Shown here in pieces: positions 8,774 through 17,999 of a DNA stretch of 19,879 nt. The translations under genes were made by a program, and so were the position numbers. The first letter of the stretch is position 1, and the number at the start of each line of letters is the position of its first letter. Where the stretch lies: positions 1 through 19,879 of the forward strand of contig NZ_JAQFIQ010000041.1 of NCBI RefSeq assembly GCF_029504745.1, in the 5' to 3' direction. The stretch comes from Breznakia sp. PF5-3. Its GTDB lineage: Bacteria; Bacillota_I; Bacilli_A; Erysipelotrichales; Erysipelotrichaceae. Under the pieces are notes generated by a model, which saw nothing but the letters and a program-made list of their open reading frames with translations, did not search any database and was not told the origin of the DNA.

Positions 8774-9091
8774 ATGGAAGGACTTGAACTAATTAGCTTT
8801 CAAATTATTTCGGCAGTGGGTAGCGCGAAAAGCATGTATGTAATGGCGATACAAGAAGCGAAAGCAGGAAATATAACGAAAGCGAAGACATTGATGGAAG
8901 AAGGCCAAGAAGTGTTTAAACAAGGACATGAAGCGCATGCAGGATTGATTCAAGAGGAAGCGAATGGGAATCCAACAATGGTTAATTTGCTTCTTGTACA
9001 TGCAGAAGATCAACTGATGACAACAGAGACATTTAAACTAGTTGCTGATGAATTTATTGATTTATATGAAAAACAAGAGGAGAAGAAATAA
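8774..9091 (+). CDS. PTS Lac/cellobiose-family EIIA component
   Basis: 105 aa. ISFQIISAVGSAKS, HEAHAGLIQEEA and LLLVHAEDQLMTTE (phosphorylatable His context) match the ChbA/LicA/CelC family. Confidence 0.9.
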   Translation: MEGLELISFQIISAVGSAKSMYVMAIQEAKAGNITKAKTLMEEGQEVFKQGHEAHAGLIQEEANGNPTMVNLLLVHAEDQLMTTETFKLVADEFIDLYEKQEEKK

Positions 9092-9391
9092 ATGAAAAAG
9101 ATTAGATTATTTTGTAACGCAGGGATGTCAACCAGTATGTTAGTTAAAAAGATGGAGGAATCTGCTGCAAGTAAAGGATTGGATGTGGAAATCATTGCTT
9201 ATCCGCTTAATGATTTAAACGCAAAAATGGATGAGGCAGACATTATCTTACTTGGACCACAAGTAGGATATGAAGAGAAAAGGGTAAAAGGTTTGTGTGA
9301 ACCAAAAGGCATTCCGGTTGGTGTGATACCAATGACAGATTATGGAATGATGAACGGTGAAAAGGTATTAACCTTTGCATTGAATTTATAA
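9092..9391 (+). CDS. PTS Lac/cellobiose-family EIIB component
   Basis: 99 aa. MKKIRLFCNAGMSTSMLV carries the active-site Cys loop. The ATG directly abuts the EIIA stop (TAAATG). Confidence 0.9.
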   Translation: MKKIRLFCNAGMSTSMLVKKMEESAASKGLDVEIIAYPLNDLNAKMDEADIILLGPQVGYEEKRVKGLCEPKGIPVGVIPMTDYGMMNGEKVLTFALNL

Positions 9392-9404
9392 GAGGAGAAA
9401 AAGA

Positions 9405-10711
9405 ATGAAACAGTTTTTAAATGATAAAGTAGTACCAGCGATTATGAAGTTTGTGAATACAAAAGCGATTATGGTATTACGTAATGGGATCTTGTATACG
9501 ATGCCACTTACAATTATTGGATCATTTTTCTTGATTATTGCATGTTTCCCATATGATCCAGTAGTAGAATGGTTAGGTGAAGTTGAATTACTTGGACCAT
9601 TATTTCAAGTAACGGGGGCAACGTTTGATATCATTGCAATTGCAGCTGTAATTGGAATTGCATATGAAAATATGTAAAAGCTGAAGGATATCCAGCAATG
9701 AATGCAGGAATTATCTCGTTTGTATGTTTCTTGATTATTCAAGAATCATCAGTGATGAGTGAAAGTGGTGAAGCAGTAGGTAGTGTGATCAATAAAGCTT
9801 GGACTGGTGGAAAAGGGATGATTTGTGCAATTTTGATTGGATTGCTTGTTGGATATATATATTCGTTATTTATGAAGAAGGATATTCGTATAAAGATGCC
9901 AGCAGGAGTACCTGAAGGGGTGGCAAATTCATTTACTTCATTGATTCCTGGATTTGTATTAATTACTGCAACGTTTGTTGTTTATACAGTATTTGAAATT
10001 TTTGGAAATACAACCTTATTAGAAATGATTTATGATGTGATCCAAACACCTCTGCAAGGAATGACAGATAGTTTAGGTGGAGTGATTATGATGGGATTCT
10101 TAATTCCCTTCTTATGGTTCTTTGGGGTGCATGGTTCTACCATTGTTGGTGGAATTATGGGACCATTGCTTACTGCAAATGCATTAGAAAATCAAGCGAT
10201 TTTAGATGCTGGAAAAGAATTGACTTTGGCAAACGGAGGACATATTGTTACCCAACAATTCTTAGATCAATTTATGACTGTAACAGGAGCAGGTATGACC
10301 ATTGGGGTTGTTATGTTTATGGTGTTCTTTGCTAAGTCAGCAAGAAATAAAGAAATTGGTAAAATGTCAGCAGTACCTGCATTATTCAATATTAATGAGC
10401 CAGTATTGTTTGGTACACCAATTACATTGAATCCAATGTTAGCAGTTCCTTTCATTGCAATGCCAATGATTTCAGGCTTAATTTTATATTTTGCTCAATA
10501 CACTGGAATTGTTCCACTATTTGGTGGAGTCATGGTTCCATGGACAACACCGCCAGTAATTTCAGGATTCTTGGTAGGTGGCTGGCAAGCAGCCTTGTTG
10601 CAAGCCTTTGTATTAGTGTTATCATTCTTTGTATATCTTCCATTTATTAGAAAAATAGATAAGATGAACTTGGAAGATGAACAAAAAGCAGTGGAAGAAG
10701 CGAAAGCATAA
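9405..10711 (+). pseudogene. PTS Lac/cellobiose-family EIIC permease interrupted by a 1-nt frameshift (ORFs 9405-9677 and 9668/9698-10711)
   Basis: The first ORF ends ...IGIAYENM* (TAA 9675-9677). The second frame is open from 9668 and reads KYVKAEGYPAMNAGIISF... One extra A in the A4 run at 9667-9670 fuses both into a single 435-aa EIIC (...IGIAYEKYVKAEGYP...). Confidence 0.8.
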
Positions 10712-10716
10712 AAATG

Positions 10717-10754
10717 AAGATATCCTTTCATTTAATGAAAGGATATCTTTTTTT
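10717..10754 (+). terminator. Strong rho-independent terminator ending operon 1
   Basis: AAGATATCCTTTCA (10717-10730) pairs with TGAAAGGATATCTT (10736-10749) in a 14-bp stem; T-run to 10754. Confidence 0.9.
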
Positions 10755-10842
10755 GTTGTACACCATTTTTCGTCTTCGAAAGAAAACATTTGGTATTTTA
10801 GTGTTTTTTATATTCATTATAATAAAACATGAGGAGGAACTT

Positions 10843-13506
10843 ATGAAAAAAACAATTCATATTGTGCCACATACACATTGGGATCGTGAATGGTATTTCA
10901 CAAGTCAAAGATCATTGATTTATTTGCTTGCGCAAATAAAAGAGGTGTTAAAAACATTAGAAAATGATAAAGCTTATCATTATTATTTTTTAGATGCACA
11001 GAGTTCATTGATTGAAGATTATGTTAAATATTATCCAGAAGATTATAAGCGGATTCAGAAACTTGTAAGTGAGGGAAGATTAGTAGTTGGACCTTGGTAT
11101 ACACAAAGTGATTTATTCGTTGTTTCTAGTGAGTCAGTGGTTCGTAATTTATATTATGGAATTGAGTATGCACAGACACTTGGACATAGTATGAGAATCG
11201 GATATGTTCCAGATTCGTTTGGACAAGGTGGAAATGTGCCACAGATATATAAATCTTTTGGAATAGATAAAGCTTTATTTTGGCGGGGAATCGGTGATGA
11301 TAAGTTAAAATCTACAGAGTTTAAATGGATTGGAAGTGATGGTACAGAAATTTTGGGTGTACAAATGCCATTTGGTTATTTCTATGGTGCTAATTTTCCT
11401 AAAGAAGAAGCAAATTATAAAAAATTTATTGAAGCGATGTTACCAAAACTAGAAGAAAAATCACTAGTGGAAAATATTTATTTCCCTAATGGATTTGATC
11501 AATTACCAATCAATAAGAATTTGGTACAAATTACAGAAAAGCTTAATGCTATTGATCCAACAAGAGAATATATAATTTCTTCTCCTGAAAAATACTTTGA
11601 AGCATTAAAAATGGAAGCTAAAGAATTGCCAAAAGTATATGGAGAGTTGTTAGAAGGAAAAAATTCTAGAGTTCATAAAACTATTTTTTCTAGTCGATCA
11701 GATTTAAAAATATTGAATAATAAATGTGAGAATTATCTAACAAACGTTGTAGAACCGCTTTCGTTTATGCGTTACTTGATTGATGGGAAGTATCCACATA
11801 AAGAAATAGAGTCTATATGGAAATTATTATTTGAAAATGCTGCTCATGATAGTATTGGTTGTTGTAATAGTGATGATACAAATGCAGATATTTATTATCG
11901 TTATAAAAAAGCATATGATATATCTTTAAATCTTGTTGAATATACGATGCGAATGATAGCTCAACAAATTAATCAAGATGAATACTATAGCTTCACAGTA
12001 TTTAATCCTCTTCCATATAAACGTAATGGAAGAGTGGAAGCGTCAATATATGTTCCACATGATCATTTTGTTTTAAGAGATGATTTTGGAAATGAGATAC
12101 CATATGAAATTTTAGAGATTGAAGATCAATCTAATTATGTATTGCATCAGGCCAAGTTGTTAACCCCTTCAATGTTTCGTGATGAAGGGGAATCTAGCTG
12201 TTATCCAGAAAAAGTGTTTCTTGCAAAAGTACATATTTATGTAGAAGAAATTCCTGCTTTGGGATATGGTCAATTTTATTTATATCCAGATTTAAAGCCA
12301 AAAGAACACAAATTGGAAAATAATCAAAAGTATATTGAAAATGAAAGATATAAAGTTATCTTGGAAGATAACAATAGCTTTACGGTACTTGATAAAGTAA
12401 CGGATAAAACTTATCAAGATCAAATCGTATTTTATGAAAATGGGGATGATGGAGATTCCTATAACTATTCACCACCTCGTGAAGATAAGGTATTAACGTC
12501 ATATGATGCAAAACAAATTGGTGGTAAAACAATTATTACGGATGTGGAACAACGCTTTGAACTGGATTATGAATGGATGTTACCTAAGGATTTAAAAGAA
12601 CGCGCATTACAGAAAACAAATGCGAAAGTGACATATAAAGTAGTGGTTAGTGTAGTTAAGGAGGATCCTAAAGTACATGTTAAGGTCATTTTTGATAATC
12701 GTGTTTATTCTCATCGATTATGTGTTCGCTTTCACTCAGATATAAAAGCTAAACGGGGAATAGCAGATCAATTCTTTGGTGTCATTGAAAGAGATGTTAC
12801 ACACGCTAAGATGGATACTTGGAAGAGCGAAGGGTGGACGGAAGCGCCAATCCAGATTAATCCAATGCAATCTTTTGTAGCTTTGAGTGATGAAGATGCA
12901 ACGATAAGCGTTATGACAAAAGGGGTAAGAGAATATGAAGTGGTTGGTAATCAATATCAAGATCTTCAACTTACACTCTTTCGGACATATTCCTTTATGG
13001 GAAAAGAAGAGTTATTATATAGACCTGGAAGAGCTTCTGGAGAATCCATTGAAAAAACTCCAGATGCAGAATTATTAGGTGAAATCACTTGTGAGTTTGC
13101 AATTAATTATGAAGCAAAGAAATTTGATGATTTGAAGATTGCAAAACAAGCGAAAGCGTATTTAAGTCCAATGCAAATATTTGAACAAGTAGAATTTTTA
13201 AATAGTCGTATTCGTTTTATTCGAAATATACCAGAAGTGAAAACACTACCTACAAGAAAAGGATATTTTGAATTAGATAATAAAGATGTCGTTGTTAGTG
13301 CATGTAAAAAGAGTGAAAAAGAAAATGCTATGATATTACGTTGTTTTAATCCATATTTGAATAAAGAAATTGATATTACAAATATGGAGAAATATAGTGT
13401 AAGTGTAGCATTAGATGAAGTAAAACAGATAATGAAGAAAAAAAGCTTAAAACATTGTGAATTTGTTACCTTGCGAAAGGGGAGTGAAGAGTTTGATAAT
13501 AAATGA
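10843..13506 (+). CDS. Cytoplasmic GH38 alpha-mannosidase, MngB/YbgG-like (887 aa)
   Basis: RBS AGGAGG at 10831-10836. N-terminus KTIHIVPHTHWDREWYF, nucleophile region GYVPDSFGQGG, and AAHDSIGCC. No signal peptide. The ORF-track start at 10714 runs through the terminator hairpin and is rejected. Confidence 0.9.
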   Translation: MKKTIHIVPHTHWDREWYFTSQRSLIYLLAQIKEVLKTLENDKAYHYYFLDAQSSLIEDYVKYYPEDYKRIQKLVSEGRLVVGPWYTQSDLFVVSSESVVRNLYYGIEYAQTLGHSMRIGYVPDSFGQGGNVPQIYKSFGIDKALFWRGIGDDKLKSTEFKWIGSDGTEILGVQMPFGYFYGANFPKEEANYKKFIEAMLPKLEEKSLVENIYFPNGFDQLPINKNLVQITEKLNAIDPTREYIISSPEKYFEALKMEAKELPKVYGELLEGKNSRVHKTIFSSRSDLKILNNKCENYLTNVVEPLSFMRYLIDGKYPHKEIESIWKLLFENAAHDSIGCCNSDDTNADIYYRYKKAYDISLNLVEYTMRMIAQQINQDEYYSFTVFNPLPYKRNGRVEASIYVPHDHFVLRDDFGNEIPYEILEIEDQSNYVLHQAKLLTPSMFRDEGESSCYPEKVFLAKVHIYVEEIPALGYGQFYLYPDLKPKEHKLENNQKYIENERYKVILEDNNSFTVLDKVTDKTYQDQIVFYENGDDGDSYNYSPPREDKVLTSYDAKQIGGKTIITDVEQRFELDYEWMLPKDLKERALQKTNAKVTYKVVVSVVKEDPKVHVKVIFDNRVYSHRLCVRFHSDIKAKRGIADQFFGVIERDVTHAKMDTWKSEGWTEAPIQINPMQSFVALSDEDATISVMTKGVREYEVVGNQYQDLQLTLFRTYSFMGKEELLYRPGRASGESIEKTPDAELLGEITCEFAINYEAKKFDDLKIAKQAKAYLSPMQIFEQVEFLNSRIRFIRNIPEVKTLPTRKGYFELDNKDVVVSACKKSEKENAMILRCFNPYLNKEIDITNMEKYSVSVALDEVKQIMKKKSLKHCEFVTLRKGSEEFDNK

Positions 13507-13924
13507 AAAATTAATTGATTTTTATGGAAAATTTAAAAATAAAGAAGATGCCATCCATCAATTGATAACGATGGCAAAAATTGAAAATCGAATCAAAGAT
13601 GTAACAATATTTTATGAGGCAGTTATGAAAAGAGAAGCCGAAGCTTCGACATCATTGGGATATTCTGTAGCTATACCGCATGGCCGTTGTGATGAAGTGA
13701 GTGAACCATTTGTAGCAATGGCAAAATTGAAGGAACCAATGATGTGGAACGATAAGGAAGTGCGTTTAATTTTCTTGATTGGTGTACCTAAATCATCTTC
13801 TGATAATTTGCATTTAAAGATTCTTGCAAATTTATCAAAACATTTGATTGATGATACATTTCGGGAAGTGTTATTAGAGACAGAAGATGTACAAGAAGTA
13901 TTAAAATTATTTAGTGAATTTTAA
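13493..13924 (+). CDS. PTS Fru/Mtl-family EIIA component (PTS_EIIA_2 type)
   Basis: Active-site context SVAIPHGR. The likely start is TTG 13493, with AAGGGGAG 8 nt upstream, overlapping the GH38 stop by 14 nt. GTG 13484 or ATG 13457 are alternative starts. Confidence 0.8.
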   Translation: MIINEKLIDFYGKFKNKEDAIHQLITMAKIENRIKDVTIFYEAVMKREAEASTSLGYSVAIPHGRCDEVSEPFVAMAKLKEPMMWNDKEVRLIFLIGVPKSSSDNLHLKILANLSKHLIDDTFREVLLETEDVQEVLKLFSEF

Positions 13925-13935
13925 AAGGAGGAAAT

Positions 13936-14244
13936 ATGAAAATTATAGGTGTTACAGCGTGTATTGCAGGAATTGCGCATACTTATATGGCACAAGCTGC
14001 AATTGAAAAAGAAGCAAAAAAACAAGGGCATGAGTGTAAGATTGAAACACAAGGGTCTATGGGAAATGAAAATGAATTAGAAGAACATGAAATTGAAGCG
14101 GCTGATGTGGTGATTATTGGCGCTGATATCAATGTTGAAGGAATTGAGCGTTTTGATGATAAAGTGGTTTATAAAACAACAGTTTCTGAATGTGTGTCAG
14201 AACCTGAAAAAGTAATTGCTGAAGCAATAAAATTAATAGGATAG
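13936..14244 (+). CDS. PTS fructose-family EIIB component
   Basis: RBS AAGGAGG. MKIIGVTACIAGIAHTYMAQAAIEKEAKKQG carries the active-site Cys loop of fructose-type EIIB. Confidence 0.9.
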   Translation: MKIIGVTACIAGIAHTYMAQAAIEKEAKKQGHECKIETQGSMGNENELEEHEIEAADVVIIGADINVEGIERFDDKVVYKTTVSECVSEPEKVIAEAIKLIG

Positions 14245-14260
14245 AAAAAGGAGAAATGAA

Positions 14261-15298
14261 ATGAAAAAGAGATTAGTAGAGATAAAAAATCATGCTATGA
14301 CAGGAGTGTCTTACATGATTCCAACGGTAACCGTTGGTGGGATATTGTTCGCCTTAGCGATAGCATTTGGATCAAAAACAGAAACAGGGCTTGTTATTGA
14401 GGGTGAATTGTTAAACAATATCTATAGTTTAGGAGCAGCTGGAATGGCGATGATGGTACCTGTTTTAAGTGGATACATCGCATATTCAATCGCTGGTAGA
14501 CCAGGGTTAGTACCAGGATTGGTTCTTGGATATGTTGCCAATAACCCTGTGGGTACAAATCAAGTGTCAACGGGTTTCTTAGGTGGCTTGTTGGTTGGTA
14601 TTGCAGCAGGATATCTAGCGAAATGGATCAAAGGTTGGAAAGTTTCTAATTTTATTAAACCTTTGATGCCAATTATCATAATTCCATTAATTAGTGTTTT
14701 AGTAGTAGGAATGATCTATATTTATGTTATTGCAAATCCATTGGGATCAATGGTAACAGGACTTGAAACATGGTTAGCAGATTTAGAAACAGGAAGTGTT
14801 GTCGTATTGGCAATTGTAATTGGATGTATGATAGCCTTTGATATGGGTGGTCCATTCAATAAAATTGCATATACAACAGCAAGTGCTTTAATTGCTACAG
14901 GAAATGCAAGTTTAATGGGAATGGCAGGAGTTGCTATTTGTATTCCACCAATTGGTGTGGGAGTTGCCTCTTTAGTATTGCGAAATAAATTTACCAATGA
15001 AGAGCGTGAGACAGGAAAAGCAGGAATTATCATGGGTGCATGTGGTATAACGGAAGGAGCTATTCCCTTTGCTGCCACAGATCCATTACGCGTTATTCCA
15101 TCGATTATGATTGGTTCATCTGTCGGAGCAATTATTGCTGGAATAGCAGGCGCAACAGATAATGCCCCATTAGGAGGATTACTTGTTTTACCTGTTGTTG
15201 GAAATCCTGTGATGTATGTAGTTGCGGTGGTTGCAGGAGTTGCAACAGTAGTGCTATTATTAGCAGTATTAAAGAAACCTATTTCTGAGAAAGAATAA
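14261..15298 (+). CDS. PTS fructose-family EIIC permease
   Basis: 345 aa, polytopic and hydrophobic. Contains FDMGGPFNKIAYT (GGPxNK motif of FruA-type EIIC) and GITEGAIPFA. Confidence 0.9.
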   Translation: MKKRLVEIKNHAMTGVSYMIPTVTVGGILFALAIAFGSKTETGLVIEGELLNNIYSLGAAGMAMMVPVLSGYIAYSIAGRPGLVPGLVLGYVANNPVGTNQVSTGFLGGLLVGIAAGYLAKWIKGWKVSNFIKPLMPIIIIPLISVLVVGMIYIYVIANPLGSMVTGLETWLADLETGSVVVLAIVIGCMIAFDMGGPFNKIAYTTASALIATGNASLMGMAGVAICIPPIGVGVASLVLRNKFTNEERETGKAGIIMGACGITEGAIPFAATDPLRVIPSIMIGSSVGAIIAGIAGATDNAPLGGLLVLPVVGNPVMYVVAVVAGVATVVLLLAVLKKPISEKE

Positions 15299-15318
15299 AA
15301 ATATGAAAGGAGGTATAT

Positions 15319-17283
15319 ATGAAAAATAGAACGATTTATATAATAAAAACATTACTTAATAATTCAGAAACATATATGCCTCTTTCATTCTTTTCAAATG
15401 AGTTAGGGGTTTCTGTGCGTACGATTCAAAATGATATGAAAGTTGTCAAAGAAGCTGTGTCAACGTATCATTTAACACTTGATAATAAAAGAGCATTGGG
15501 CTTTAAACTTGATGGAAACAGTGAAAACAAAGAACAATTACGGATGTTTTTAAAAATGTCGAGTGTGGATGGTTCAAGTAATGATTTTGTAGAGTTAAGA
15601 AGACAGAAAATTATTCAAATGTTACTTAGTGAAAATAAAAAAACTTCAATCAATGCATTAGCAGATCAGTTTTATGTTTCAAGAACCTCTATTGTAAAGG
15701 ATATGAAACAGATTGAAGAATGGTTAGCAAATTATCGTATTAAAATATGTAAAACACATGATGGAACTTATGCATTGGGAAGTGAAAAAAATATTCGTCG
15801 AGCATTATCCGATATTGTGAAAAGAGCGATTGTTAATGAAAATATAGATTTTCACCAGTTGGATCATCAACGATTAAGTCTTTCGACATTGTATCGTTTA
15901 GAAGCATTATTTGAGAAAGCAGATATTATAAAAGTGGAAGATATTCTACATAATATAGAAAAAAAGATGCATCAGACATTTAATGATTTATCATATATTA
16001 ATTTAATTACACATCTGTTGATTATGGTGACACGTTCTACGAAGGTAGAACATGTCACCACTGTGAAAAGTAATCATCAAGAGGATATTTCTAAGTATCA
16101 TATGAATCTTGCTGAAGAACTTTTAAAACAGTTAAATCAAGCTTTTGATTTAACTTTAGGAGCAGAAGAATTGGATTATATCTATCAGCATTTAATGTGT
16201 ACTGGTATCCAAAGTGGGATTGATCAAGAAGAATTAGAAGATTATATTAATTCCTTGGATAATGAAGGTGATGCTTTTGTAAAGTCTTTAATTGAAAGTG
16301 TTTCTGATAACTTACATTTAGATCTGACAAAGGATAAAGATTTATATTTAAATTTAAGAGCACATTGTATTCCGATGATAAAAAGAATTAAATATGGGAG
16401 TACACAAACGAATCTTTTACTGGAAGAAATTAGAGAGAAGTATGCAGCTCTTTTTGGTGTGGTACTTATTTCAATCCAAACCTTGGATAATGAATTATCC
16501 AAATTGATAAGTGATTCAGAAGTTGGTTATATAACAATTCATTTTCAATCAGCAATTGAACGTAATGTAGAAAGTAAACGAGCAATTATTGTCTGTCCTG
16601 AAGGAATTGGTTTTTCGCGTTTAATATATAATCGAATTAAACATTATATTCCTCTCTTAAAGATTGTTGATATTGTTCCTTTTAAAGATGTGGATATGTA
16701 TGATATGACAAAAATTGATTTAGTCTTATCAACTGCTCAATTGGATTATATCGAAAAACCAGTAATTACGGTTTCTTCGTTTGCGGATTTACCAGATATC
16801 AAACGGATTAATAATTATTTGATCAAGCATTCGAATAAACATCCAATAACAGAAGCAAAACAATATTTTAAAGAAGGTTTTGTCTATATTGATAAGCAAT
16901 TTAAAGATAAAAAGGAATTGCTTTCTTATTGTTGTGATAAATTATATGAAGTAGGTTATGTAAAAGCGGGATATAAACAGACTGTGTTGAATCGTGAATA
17001 CTCGATGCCAACAGAAATTGGTCGCGGGATTGCTATTCCACATGGAGAAAAAGAGTATGTAAATGAATCGGTTGTTATGCTTCTTACTTTAAAGGAACCA
17101 ATGTTGTGGAATAATACGAAAGTAGATTGTATTTTCTTTTTATGTTTAAAGTTTGAAAATGCGAAAAATAATAAGATGGCAATCAATAGTTTGTTTCAAA
17201 TTATTGATAACGAAGATGTAATAGCGAAAATTCGTGAAACAAAGAATGAAAGTTCATTCTTTGAATTATTGAATACGATGTAA
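15319..17283 (+). CDS. PRD-containing transcriptional activator, MtlR/LicR/ManR class (two HTH domains, PRD1, PRD2, EIIB-Gat-like, EIIA-Mtl-like)
   Basis: RBS AAGGAGG. N-terminal HTH LGVSVRTIQNDMKVV and a second HTH INALADQFYVSRTSIVKDMKQIEEWL. PRD histidines in INLITHLLIM, YIYQHLM, LRAHCIPM and YITIHFQS. EIIB-like Cys in AIIVCPEGIGFSRL. EIIA-like His in GIAIPHGEKE. Confidence 0.88.
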   Translation: MKNRTIYIIKTLLNNSETYMPLSFFSNELGVSVRTIQNDMKVVKEAVSTYHLTLDNKRALGFKLDGNSENKEQLRMFLKMSSVDGSSNDFVELRRQKIIQMLLSENKKTSINALADQFYVSRTSIVKDMKQIEEWLANYRIKICKTHDGTYALGSEKNIRRALSDIVKRAIVNENIDFHQLDHQRLSLSTLYRLEALFEKADIIKVEDILHNIEKKMHQTFNDLSYINLITHLLIMVTRSTKVEHVTTVKSNHQEDISKYHMNLAEELLKQLNQAFDLTLGAEELDYIYQHLMCTGIQSGIDQEELEDYINSLDNEGDAFVKSLIESVSDNLHLDLTKDKDLYLNLRAHCIPMIKRIKYGSTQTNLLLEEIREKYAALFGVVLISIQTLDNELSKLISDSEVGYITIHFQSAIERNVESKRAIIVCPEGIGFSRLIYNRIKHYIPLLKIVDIVPFKDVDMYDMTKIDLVLSTAQLDYIEKPVITVSSFADLPDIKRINNYLIKHSNKHPITEAKQYFKEGFVYIDKQFKDKKELLSYCCDKLYEVGYVKAGYKQTVLNREYSMPTEIGRGIAIPHGEKEYVNESVVMLLTLKEPMLWNNTKVDCIFFLCLKFENAKNNKMAINSLFQIIDNEDVIAKIRETKNESSFFELLNTM

Positions 17284-17284
17284 G

Positions 17285-17316
17285 AGAAAATCATATTTTG
17301 TGATTTTCTTTTTTCT
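17285..17316 (+). terminator. Rho-independent terminator ending operon 2
   Basis: AGAAAATCA (17285-17293) pairs with TGATTTTCT (17301-17309) around a 7-nt loop, followed by TTTTTTCTT. Confidence 0.8.
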
Positions 17317-17346
17317 TGAATTATTTTCTTGATTTTATGATACTAT
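17316..17346 (+). promoter_or_regulatory. Candidate promoter of the flavoprotein/nitroreductase pair
   Basis: TTGAAT (17316-17321), 19-nt spacer, extended -10 TGaTACTAT (17338-17346), 23 nt before ATG 17370. Confidence 0.4.
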
Positions 17347-17369
17347 TAAAAATATAGAGGAGGCATATT

Positions 17370-17990
17370 ATGAAAGTAATTTTAGTTAATGGAAGTCCAA
17401 AATCAAATGGCTGTACGTATACAGCACTAAAAGAAGTCTCCAAAGAACTTACAAAAGAGGGAATTGAGACAGAAGTATTTCAACTTGGGAATGAACCGAT
17501 TATGGGCTGTATTGGGTGTCGTGTATGTAAACAGACAGGACGTTGTTTTAAAGAAGATTTGGTAAATGAATTTTTGGATAAGATAGATGATGCAGATGGT
17601 TTTGTATTTGGAACACCTGTTCACTATGCAGGAGCATCAGGGTCAATTACATCTTTTTTAGATCGTGTTTTCTATAGTGCAGGGAATCGTTTTGATTATA
17701 AACCAGGTGCTGCGATTGTAAGTTGTCGAAGAGGTGGAGCAACTGCAGCATTTGATCAGATGAATAAATATTTCACAATCAGCAATATGCCAATCGTATC
17801 ATCTCAATATTGGAATATGGTACATGGAAACAGTCCTGAGGAAGTATTACAAGATTTGGAAGGATTACAAACTATGAGAACATTAGGAAAGAATATGGCA
17901 TGGTTATTGAAGTGTATTGATAGTGGAAAAAAACAAAATGTAGCATATCCAGAAAAAGAAAAGATACAGAGAACGAACTTTGTTCGATAG
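17370..17990 (+). CDS. Iron-sulfur flavoprotein (Isf-like), NADPH-dependent FMN reductase/flavodoxin-like fold
   Basis: RBS AGAGGAGG. MKVILVNGSPKSNG flavodoxin-like N-terminus and a compact cysteine cluster C-IG-C-RV-C-KQTGR-C (CX2CX2CX5C), as in Isf-type proteins. Confidence 0.75.
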   Translation: MKVILVNGSPKSNGCTYTALKEVSKELTKEGIETEVFQLGNEPIMGCIGCRVCKQTGRCFKEDLVNEFLDKIDDADGFVFGTPVHYAGASGSITSFLDRVFYSAGNRFDYKPGAAIVSCRRGGATAAFDQMNKYFTISNMPIVSSQYWNMVHGNSPEEVLQDLEGLQTMRTLGKNMAWLLKCIDSGKKQNVAYPEKEKIQRTNFVR

Positions 17991-17999
17991 GAGGAAAAG

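Noticed and set aside
9660-9680. Programmed -1 ribosomal frameshift site in the EIIC gene
   Set aside because: There is no X XXY YYZ slippery heptamer (the sequence is U AUG AAA AUA) and no obvious downstream stimulatory structure. A mutational or sequencing indel is simpler.
9405-10711. Treating 9405-9677 and 9698-10711 as two separate small membrane-protein genes
   Set aside because: Together they align as the N- and C-terminal parts of one EIIC. The second frame is open back to 9668, ATG 9698 has no SD, and one base in an A-run restores the frame.
10714-10842. N-terminal 43-aa hydrophobic extension of the GH38 ORF (track start 10714), which would make it membrane-anchored
   Set aside because: The extension is read straight through the 14-bp terminator hairpin and T-run of the upstream operon. 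A perfect AGGAGG sits 6 nt before ATG 10843, and GH38 enzymes begin right at the HxxPHTHWDREW segment.
10755-10842. Sigma-54 (-24 TGGCAC / -12 TTGCW) promoter upstream of the GH38 operon
   Set aside because: TTTGGTATTTTAGTG has a GG but no correctly spaced GC, and the regulator has no AAA+ sigma-54 activation domain.
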